NCBI GenBank assembly: GCA_049700215.1
Contig: JBNAVT010000021.1
Coordinates: 1 to 33,965 of the forward strand
Reading direction: 5' to 3'
Length of the DNA: 33,965 bases
Origin: Thermoproteota archaeon
GTDB taxonomy: Archaea; Thermoproteota; EX4484-205; JAAOZP01
The translations under genes and the position numbers were made by a program. Under the pieces are notes generated by a model. It worked only from the letters and a program-made list of their open reading frames with translations, made no database searches and was not told the DNA's origin. Shown piece after piece: positions 26,907-33,965 of this stretch; the stretch's first letter is position 1; each line of letters opens with the position of its first letter.

Positions 26907-27483
26907 CCCTTATTTCATTCTTTCGAAGAAAGAGGGTTACCGTAGCAGGGCGTCGTACAAGCTTAAGCAGATACTTGATGAGCATAGGGTTATCAGAACT
27001 GGGGACGTTGTCCTAGACATTGGATGCGCCCCTGGGGGATGGCTTCAAGTCGCTTCTGAAGCAGCCGGTGAAACCGGGCTGGTTATTGGGGTGGATATTA
27101 AGGAGGTTGAACACCTGGAGTTGGATAATGCTAAGACAATCATGCTCAACGTTTTCGATGGAGACTTTGTTGAAAGGGTTTTGAAAGAATCTAAAAGCAG
27201 GTTCGACGCGATTCTTTCAGACCTTTCACCCAACATGTCTGGTATTTATGAGCTCGACCACGCTAGGCAGATCGAGATGGTTGAAAGGGTTCTCGAACTG
27301 TCAAGAGACCTTTTGAAGACAGGCGGATCAATGGTGATTAAGGTGTTCGAGGGTGAGGGTTCTGACAGGGTTTACAGGAAGGCTTTAAAGCTATTCAGGT
27401 TCGTTAAAAGGTTTAAGCCCAAGGCTTCACGCAAGGGGAGTTCAGAATTCTACCTGATCGCCAAGTTTTTCAAAGGGTTTTAA
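26863..27483 (+). CDS. rlmE: 23S rRNA 2'-O-methyltransferase RlmE/FtsJ
   Basis: YRSRASYKL, DIGCAPGGW, SDLSPN, KVF, KPKASRKGSSEFY; likely start ATG 26863. Confidence 0.93.
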   Translation: MLKSKRRWLQERKRDPYFILSKKEGYRSRASYKLKQILDEHRVIRTGDVVLDIGCAPGGWLQVASEAAGETGLVIGVDIKEVEHLELDNAKTIMLNVFDGDFVERVLKESKSRFDAILSDLSPNMSGIYELDHARQIEMVERVLELSRDLLKTGGSMVIKVFEGEGSDRVYRKALKLFRFVKRFKPKASRKGSSEFYLIAKFFKGF

Positions 27484-28657
27484 TGATTCTAACTAGCTCT
27501 TCAAGCCCAGCGTTAGTCCTGATGCAATTATTGTCGAAAGCGCTTCTGCACGCTGTAAACCCTTCTTTCAAAAGTCTATCTATAAGAAGGCTTCTCCTCG
27601 GAGGATTCACGCGCATGCTTGAAGCCAACCCGGTTAAATCAACCCCTCCAACAATCTTCTGATCATCCGAGACAAGGGTTTCAACGGTTCTAAAAACATC
27701 CTCATCCACCAGCGTTTCCCCGGTTTTCTGAAGCAGCATTTTCTCAAGCCACTCCCTGGAGTGTGTTTCACCAGTGTAAAGCGGGCCTAGCAACATGGAA
27801 TCCTTCTCGCAACAAGCGCAGGCGTCAACCACGCCCAGCGGCTCATATATTTTCTCAAACCTCCTTACTTTAAGGAAACCGATTTGCGAAACGCTTTTGA
27901 AAGCATGTTTCCTCCCCTTTAAAACTCTAGCGAAAACCTTAACGTAATGCCTTCGCGTGACCGAAACAATAGGCTCAATACCCCTTTCATTTCTGGCAGC
28001 AGCCTCGGCCAACGCTTTAAGCAGAACCCTGACCCCAATCTCCCGCATGAAACCAGTTTTAAAAACGTTCACACCGTAAAGCATTCTCGCAGCCCTCTTA
28101 TGCACGCCGAAAAGGTTGGCAGTGTCAGTAGCAGTTACACCGAGAACTCCGCCGTGTTTAACAGCCTGGAAACAAGTGTCTAGAAACCTAACCGGGGTTC
28201 CGAAGGGATCTAGGTCAAGCATGTCAAACCTGCTGCCACCTAGCGAATGGGCCGCGTGGAAGGAATTCGCATCCATTTTAGAGGCGTGCGCCCTATTCTC
28301 AAGCCCGTTCAACTTAATGTTCATAACTATTGTTGCGAAAGCCTTTTGACTAGTGTCGTTCACATAAGCCTCATCCCACCCTGCCTCAGCGAGAACCCTT
28401 ATCGACCTTACTCCGACGCCCGCCATAGAGTCTCCGAAACAGAGGCTGCGCCCAGCCTCCTTTTTAATCAAGTTAGCAACAATAACTGTAAAATCCCTGT
28501 TCTCCTTCATCAACGGATTGTAGAACACGGGTGCTTTAGAAGGAACATATTCCTCAGGCGAAACCCTGTAGTAATCAAGCTTGGGAACAATTATTTCAGC
28601 CTTCCCCTCCCTGATCCTGGTCGTTTCGAAACCCAGCCTGCTCCCCTGTTTCTCCAC
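27470..28657 (-). CDS. trm1: tRNA (guanine26-N2)-dimethyltransferase
   Basis: VFYNP..NRD, GVRSIR, DLDPFGTP, TATD, REIGVRVL, GPLYTG, RTNA. Confidence 0.93.
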   Translation of the reverse strand: MEKQGSRLGFETTRIREGKAEIIVPKLDYYRVSPEEYVPSKAPVFYNPLMKENRDFTVIVANLIKKEAGRSLCFGDSMAGVGVRSIRVLAEAGWDEAYVNDTSQKAFATIVMNIKLNGLENRAHASKMDANSFHAAHSLGGSRFDMLDLDPFGTPVRFLDTCFQAVKHGGVLGVTATDTANLFGVHKRAARMLYGVNVFKTGFMREIGVRVLLKALAEAAARNERGIEPIVSVTRRHYVKVFARVLKGRKHAFKSVSQIGFLKVRRFEKIYEPLGVVDACACCEKDSMLLGPLYTGETHSREWLEKMLLQKTGETLVDEDVFRTVETLVSDDQKIVGGVDLTGLASSMRVNPPRRSLLIDRLLKEGFTACRSAFDNNCIRTNAGLEELVRIIKTL

Positions 28658-28735
28658 GCTTCCAGTACTCCGTTAAACCGTTTAAAAACTGTTGAGAAAC
28701 CCTTTTATCCATCCTGAAGCCTCAAAACGCCTAAA

Positions 28736-30076
28736 ATGTACGATGTGTGCGTAGCAGGCGCGGGCGCAGCCGGCGCAACCCTTGCCAGGGAGGCAGCCAG
28801 AAAGGGGTTGAAGGTTCTCCTAGTCGACAAGTCTCCTAGAAGGAAGGTTGGCGACAAGGTTTGCGGAGACGCGCTTGGCTCACACCACTTGGAGAGGCTG
28901 GGATTAACCCTGCCTCGTGAAACCTATTTCTCCATATACCCTGGGATAGAAATATACTCTCCCGACATGCATAGCCGTCTCAGCGTAATCGCCGAAGGCT
29001 TGAGCGCGTACGCTTTGAACAGGCTTGAATTCGGCCAGTTCCTCCTAAAACTGGCTTTGGACGCTGGGTGCGAGTTTAAGCCTGAGACGCAGGCTAGGGA
29101 GCTGATCGTTGAGCAGGGTTGTGTTAGAGGGATTAGGCTGGTGAGTAGGGATGGCGTTAAGGAGGATGTTTACGCTAAGGTGACTGTGGATGCTACTGGT
29201 GCTTCAAGAATCCTCTCCCGGGTGCTTCAACAAGTTGGTTTCGACCAGGAGCTCGACGACGATGAAACACTAGTGTGCTACAGGGAGATTGTGGAGACAA
29301 GCGTAACCCCTCCCATCCCCGCCATATACCTAGATATGAATGATGCTCCCGGAGGCTACTTCTGGGTTTTCCCAGAGGGCGAGGGAAGGGTTAACGCGGG
29401 CCTCGGAGTCGCCAGGAGCTCAGCAAACCCAATGCTTCTCTTCAGGAAATGGGTTGACAGGCTTCCATGCCTTAAGGATAATATAGTGAGAGTTATACAC
29501 AGGGGTGGGGGAATAGTTCCCGCCAGGAGGCCCATAGACTCAGCTGTTTGGAACGGCTTCATAGCGGTGGGAGATGCAGCCTTCATGGTTAACCCTCTGC
29601 ACGGGGGTGGAATAGGGTCCTCCATGACCGGCGGCTTCCTAGCTGCCAAGGTTGCCGCGGAAGCTTTAGAGCAGGGCCGTGTAGACGAGGAGGCTCTCTG
29701 GAGGCTCAACCTGGAGTACATGAGAAACTACGGTGTTAAACAGGCTGCTCTAGATGTTTTCAGGGTTTTCCTCCAGGGCTTGAACAACGAGTTGATAAAC
29801 TATGGCTTGGCCCAGGGGATCATTAAGAGCGGAGACCTTTTGGAGGCAAGCATGGGCGGGAAGCTTAGGCTTAACATTACTGAGAAGGCTTCAAGGTTTT
29901 TCGCGGGCATCGGTAAACCAGGCTTCCTTTTGAAGCTCAATAGGACTGTTAATCTAATGGAGGATTTCAGGCAGTTTTACACGGATTACCCGCCTCGGGG
30001 AGGGTTCGACGAGTGGAGGGCTAAGGTGAAGGCTTTCCACAAGAGGGTTCACGAGGAAGTTGGAAGACCGTCTTGA
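28736..30076 (+). CDS. Geranylgeranyl reductase family (digeranylgeranylglycerophospholipid reductase)
   Basis: FAD motif GAGAAG, KVCGD, GYFWVFP, GDAA..VNPLHGGG. Confidence 0.9.
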   Translation: MYDVCVAGAGAAGATLAREAARKGLKVLLVDKSPRRKVGDKVCGDALGSHHLERLGLTLPRETYFSIYPGIEIYSPDMHSRLSVIAEGLSAYALNRLEFGQFLLKLALDAGCEFKPETQARELIVEQGCVRGIRLVSRDGVKEDVYAKVTVDATGASRILSRVLQQVGFDQELDDDETLVCYREIVETSVTPPIPAIYLDMNDAPGGYFWVFPEGEGRVNAGLGVARSSANPMLLFRKWVDRLPCLKDNIVRVIHRGGGIVPARRPIDSAVWNGFIAVGDAAFMVNPLHGGGIGSSMTGGFLAAKVAAEALEQGRVDEEALWRLNLEYMRNYGVKQAALDVFRVFLQGLNNELINYGLAQGIIKSGDLLEASMGGKLRLNITEKASRFFAGIGKPGFLLKLNRTVNLMEDFRQFYTDYPPRGGFDEWRAKVKAFHKRVHEEVGRPS

Positions 30077-30170
30077 AAAGCTGTTTCTATAGCGATAAAC
30101 ACTTATGTTTATCAACCATCCGGCGACGAGGGAAATGCTTATTACCCCTTTTTTCTAAAAGTTTCTCCAA

Positions 30171-30869
30171 TTGAGAAACACGGTTCCGCCTACTGTTAGG
30201 CCCAGTAAATCAGAAGTAGTGTTAACATTGTTGAACAAATACTCGTGCATATACGTTGCCACTCAGACGCAAAGACTACTCTTCAACCCTTCAGAGATAA
30301 GCGCCGGCGAAGTAGAGCAGGTAGACTACACTCTAATAACTGACGAGCAGCCTGAGCATTTCGACGAGAACCTGATAACAGAGCTCTGCCTCCTAAAGAA
30401 GTCCGGGAAAATAATCGCTGATGAAACAAGCTACAGGATTCTCAGGTCGCAGATTCCGAAGGATATGCTTATCGCGGCTAAGCCTAACAGGTTGCTGGTA
30501 AGCAACGGGTTAATCATCAAATCCTATCCTAGCGAGTACTCTGAGGCATCCACGCCAGTAACGTACATGGTTACGCTTGAAAACGGGTGTAAGATTTTCC
30601 AGACGGGTGCCTCCCCCGTGTCCAAGGCCTTGAAGAAAGTGACGGTTGAGGAGAAGCCCGATATAGCGTTCATCCCAATAGGTTTCAACCCTACTCTTAA
30701 CGCCGCCTCATGGGTTGAATCAGCGGAAAACTCCAACTCTAAAATAGTTATACCTTACCACGGCGAGGACTTTACTGTTTTCCAACGCGCCGTCAAGAAG
30801 AAAGGCTTGAAGACGGGGATCGTCATACTTAAAGTAGGCGAACCCTTTATATATAAGGTTGGCCAGTGA
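30171..30869 (+). CDS. MBL-fold protein with degenerate metal-binding motifs
   Basis: Order of motifs matches MBL-fold hydrolases (LLFNP, LITDEQPEHFD, PVTYMV, IFQTGAS, PDIAFIPIG, VIPYH), but most His/Asp ligands are substituted. Confidence 0.65.
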   Translation: MRNTVPPTVRPSKSEVVLTLLNKYSCIYVATQTQRLLFNPSEISAGEVEQVDYTLITDEQPEHFDENLITELCLLKKSGKIIADETSYRILRSQIPKDMLIAAKPNRLLVSNGLIIKSYPSEYSEASTPVTYMVTLENGCKIFQTGASPVSKALKKVTVEEKPDIAFIPIGFNPTLNAASWVESAENSNSKIVIPYHGEDFTVFQRAVKKKGLKTGIVILKVGEPFIYKVGQ

Positions 30870-31260
30870 AGAGCCCCCGGTTTATCGCCCTTGCAGACTC
30901 ATTCTGCCGAGTTCAGGGCTGCGCCAAGCCAGCCGCGCATACGCATACAGCCCGTCTAATAATGTTCACTACACCATTATAGTCCGCGTTGCAGGAACAG
31001 TTGTAACTCAGGTGTTGGAAGAAGCCGCCACTCTAATTCCTCTCCCAAACCTTTGCCATAGAAGTGTTCCTTTAGCTCACAGCACGCATCATTCCCTAAG
31101 AGGGCGCGCGTACTTGAAACCTAGGTTTCCGCGCCTCCACAGCTACTGTAGCATTATCCACCAATATGGCAGTATACTACTCCGATTATACTCAGCCAGA
31201 TACTGGGAAAAGCTTTTCAGCGCAAGTCCTCACCGGGTAACTCCCGGTTTCCGATGGGAA
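30866..31260 (-). mobile_element. Decayed IS200/IS605-family tnpB relic with a putative right end
   Basis: Minus strand reads VS*RNTS, then after a frameshift GFFQHLSYNCSCNADYNGVVNIIRRA...AGLAQP (RuvC-III NAD.N...NI). Ends ...CCGGGGGCTCTTCAC. Hairpin ACCGGG/CCCGGT near 31232-31248; left boundary uncertain. Confidence 0.6.
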
Positions 31261-31301
31261 AGGCTTAAAGATAAGCGCCGTGCTTAACAGCGGGAAAACG
31301 T

Positions 31302-31892
31302 TTGTACAGACTAGTCGACCTCGTGGCGAAAACCCTCGTTAAAACAGGCGGCTTCCTCACGTGGCCTGATAAAACTGATGAAGGCGTCCTCCAGCCTTAT
31401 GTACTCGACCTGACCACGATCCTAAGCCATCCACGTGTCTTCCTCAGGGCAGCATCCGGCCTTCTTAAAGCCGTGAGAGAAAAAGCCGGGTTGGGCAGCT
31501 TCGAGTTCGTCACAGGAGTGCCCCTGGCAGGAATACCCTACGCATCCTACATTTGTCTCAAAACATGTAAACCCATGCTGCTAGTAAGGGAAAGGGGAAG
31601 GGGGAAGCTTGTGGAAGGGCCTTTGAAAATGGGGGATAGAGTGCTTATCGTCGACGACTCGGTTGCAACAGGTAGGCAGATACTGGGGACGGCTGGTAAA
31701 ATTGTTTCAGAAGGCGGGGTTGTGGAGCAAGCCGTCGTAATAATTTGCCAGAGCCAAGGTGCTGTGGAAAGGCTGAGGGACAAGGGGATAACGTTGCACG
31801 AGTTGATCGATTTTAAAAGCCTAGTAAGAAGCCTGAAGAAGCTGGACGCTTTAACCGACGAGGAATACGAGGCTCTACTTTCCAACGTATAG
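31302..31892 (+). CDS. pyrE: Orotate phosphoribosyltransferase-like type I PRTase
   Basis: PYVLDL..ILSHP, GVPLAGIP, PRPP-binding motif VLIVDDSVATG. Confidence 0.75.
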   Translation: MYRLVDLVAKTLVKTGGFLTWPDKTDEGVLQPYVLDLTTILSHPRVFLRAASGLLKAVREKAGLGSFEFVTGVPLAGIPYASYICLKTCKPMLLVRERGRGKLVEGPLKMGDRVLIVDDSVATGRQILGTAGKIVSEGGVVEQAVVIICQSQGAVERLRDKGITLHELIDFKSLVRSLKKLDALTDEEYEALLSNV

Positions 31893-31903
31893 AAAGCACG
31901 CGC

Positions 31904-32614
31904 CTAGGCTTTCCTCTCAGGTTTAGACGCTTCAGATTCCTCTATCAGCGGGATTATCTCTTCAACGGAGAACTTTATGAATGAAGCAGGATCAATCCTG
32001 CTGAAAATCGTTACGACAGCATCCCTAGTGATCCCAGCCACCAGGCCGCTTTTCCTGTGTGCTATAACCATGTACCATATTCTCCCGTGGCGCAGGTATT
32101 CTGAGAAGAGGCTTGTATTAGCTAGCGAGGGCCCGTATAGCGAGAGCTTCTTAATATTAGGAATGTCAACGTCGTCGAAGAAAACAACTTTAGCGGCATC
32201 GCTGTTCGAATTATGATAGTCCAACATTACCTCCGGGGAAATCCTTGCCTCAACAATCCTGCCGCTTTTAAGAAAGATCACTTGGCTGAACATGTTGGCA
32301 ACCATGTTTGCAACAGGCTTCTTCTCCAAAACTATGAGGAAGACTCTTCTCCTCCTGAAAACAAAGCTGAAAACCGAGTCGACTGTTTTAGCAATTATCT
32401 CCGTCTTATCCCTCCTCCTGATCGTCAGAGGCACATCCCTGCTAATAACCCCCTCCAGCATATTTTGAGAAGCCTTCAACTCAGCGATCTCAGTCACCAG
32501 GCTTAGGTCAACACCCTCCAGCGGGGTTTCAACCCTGTAGCCCTTAAGCCTCTGAGCAATATCGCTCTGCGGCAAATACTCGTCAAGCCTGAATATCTTC
32601 CCCGCAGTAACCAT
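31904..32614 (-). CDS. Hypothetical protein (236 aa)
   Basis: Long ORF with GGAGG directly upstream of ATG and host-like codon style; no motif recognised. Confidence 0.8.
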   Translation of the reverse strand: MVTAGKIFRLDEYLPQSDIAQRLKGYRVETPLEGVDLSLVTEIAELKASQNMLEGVISRDVPLTIRRRDKTEIIAKTVDSVFSFVFRRRRVFLIVLEKKPVANMVANMFSQVIFLKSGRIVEARISPEVMLDYHNSNSDAAKVVFFDDVDIPNIKKLSLYGPSLANTSLFSEYLRHGRIWYMVIAHRKSGLVAGITRDAVVTIFSRIDPASFIKFSVEEIIPLIEESEASKPERKA

Positions 32615-32716
32615 CCTCCTCCATAAAGCTGAACATCCGTTTTTAACCGTTTTCTACTCCTCTTAACATGCACTAGTTTCTGTACCATAATACGTTACAA
32701 AGAGAACAATACCCAA

Positions 32717-32817
32717 TTATCTGTAATTTTTAAGCTCTAATGCATGTTTTCTAAGTATTTTCCTCACTATCTTCCAGTCAAGCCCCATCCATCGTTATGT
32801 AAGGAAGCATCTCTCAG
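32717..32817 (-). pseudogene. Possible HepT/DUF86 (HEPN) C-terminal relic
   Basis: LRDASLH (Rx4H), then after a frameshift GLDWKIVRKILRKHALELKNYR-stop. Confidence 0.3.
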
Positions 32818-32844
32818 AGGTTTCTCGACGTAATGGTGTAACGA

Positions 32845-33477
32845 TTAAATCATTTCAACGGTGAACCAGAATTTAACACTCGGATACTTTCTACGAAGTT
32901 CCAGCGCCCTAAGGAAGAAGTTTCCCCATGCCCTAAGATACTTATTCTCCAGCTCCATATACCTCCTTATCCTCTCGTTCAAGGGTAACTCCTCCCATCC
33001 TCCCGTTAGAGCCTCAGCACCCCTCCTCAATATCCAATAGTCCCTCGGGTTTTTCAGCGAGAGGAGGATTCCATCGGATTTCGCGAGCAACGCCGCCTCC
33101 TCCCGAACCTCCTTCAGGTCTAGAACCTCGCACGGCCAGAAGGCTCTGAACCCCGTCATCATGGTACGGTCTATTTTAACATCGACTTTACTTTCAAGCT
33201 CTCTATATATCTCCAGCATCATCCTCCTCTTCTTCTCAGAGGGTTCTTTCGGATGCTCATCCCCATAGGAGCCGCCCTCCCTAAAGGCCCAAGCAAGTAT
33301 CGTCAGAATATACTTTAAACCCTTATGGAGCATAAACGGTATCCCGAGTATAAGGCTAATCTCGTCGCTAGTCTGAAGCTGTAGTTCTTTGATCTCCTTT
33401 CTGGCATCGAGTGGAGCATTCTCTGGCACCATGATGCGAACATAGTGTTCAGTCAAGGTAGATAGCCTCCAGTCCAC
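32845..33477 (-). CDS. Hypothetical protein, candidate immunity protein (210 aa)
   Basis: Orphan ORF whose start overlaps the last 25 nt of the upstream nuclease ORF. Confidence 0.7.
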   Translation of the reverse strand: MDWRLSTLTEHYVRIMVPENAPLDARKEIKELQLQTSDEISLILGIPFMLHKGLKYILTILAWAFREGGSYGDEHPKEPSEKKRRMMLEIYRELESKVDVKIDRTMMTGFRAFWPCEVLDLKEVREEAALLAKSDGILLSLKNPRDYWILRRGAEALTGGWEELPLNERIRRYMELENKYLRAWGNFFLRALELRRKYPSVKFWFTVEMI

Positions 33478-33965
33478 GTTAATATCTTCAATATCCTGCT
33501 TGCTTCATCCGGGCTTATGCTCAACACTATTGTTCCATCTGGCAACTTTAAATTACCCGTGGTTTGAAACTCCTTGAGGGCCCGATATAACTGTTTTACG
33601 CCTTCTTGGGGGATTTCATTATTCTGATCGACTTGGAAAATGAATTGAATCTCCTCAAATTCTGTATTATCGGTGCAAACCCTAACGTATTTTGCAGCCC
33701 GTTTAATTAGTTCTCCTGCTTCAGTCCCCTCACGGATTGTTTTAAACTCCAATATTGCTTTCTCACCATCGGGCTTGATTGCCACCACATCGAACCGGCT
33801 ATCTCTATAGGCATACTCCACTTTCTCGATCTCCCAATCAACATATACCTTTCCAAACTCATACTTCAGGAAGCTTGCGATACACCAAGCATGTGCAGCA
33901 TGCTCTCTGAAATCTCCAAACCATCCAGGAAGTTTGTCTGCTAATCCTACAACCTTGTCGAGGGC
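33453..33965 (-). CDS. C-terminal PD-(D/E)XK nuclease domain of a 5'-truncated ORF (candidate toxin)
   Basis: Frame is open to the window edge, 48 codons beyond the ORF-track start: ...GWFGDFREHAA...VEYAYRDSRFDVVAIKPDGEKAILEFK (E...D...ExK motifs). Confidence 0.7.
   Translation of the reverse strand, partial: ALDKVVGLADKLPGWFGDFREHAAHAWCIASFLKYEFGKVYVDWEIEKVEYAYRDSRFDVVAIKPDGEKAILEFKTIREGTEAGELIKRAAKYVRVCTDNTEFEEIQFIFQVDQNNEIPQEGVKQLYRALKEFQTTGNLKLPDGTIVLSISPDEASRILKILTWTGGYLP

Noticed and set aside
30859-31287. 142-aa plus-strand ORF
   Set aside because: Atypical composition; it is antisense to the tnpB relic.
1-33965. CRISPR array or rRNA gene
   Set aside because: No regularly spaced repeats and no rRNA-like sequence seen; intergenic gaps are short.

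Overview
Archaeal chromosome segment from a TACK-type lineage (CdvA, TFE-beta and Gins23 occur together with a complete Smc-ScpA-ScpB; the exact phylum cannot be fixed from sequence alone). It is mostly core information-processing genes: cdvA (missed by the ORF track), hel308, mcm with a LAGLIDADG intein, gins23, rfcS/rfcL, a small wHTH gene, a divergent orc1/cdc6, rpoP (missed by the ORF track), tRNA-Pro(GGG) with a D-loop intron, hisD, a GPN GTPase, DUF373-uppS, smc-scpA-scpB-pepQ, rps8e-srp19-gar1, TFE-beta, rlmE, trm1, GGR and pyrE. The most unusual elements are: (1) a mini-intein in the Walker A motif of SMC; (2) an ~80-nt hairpin behind its own TATA box next to cdc6 (candidate sRNA or origin element); (3) a ~2.4-kb island after gar1, bounded by a 12-bp direct repeat, with a membrane-anchored transglutaminase-like protein, an integrase C-terminal relic and a repeated 10-bp motif; (4) a decayed tnpB (IS200/IS605) relic whose end supplies the stop codon of a degenerate MBL-fold gene; and (5) at the right edge, a PD-(D/E)XK nuclease C-terminus overlapping an orphan gene, resembling a polymorphic toxin-immunity pair. 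All calls come from manual motif recognition; no database searches were run.
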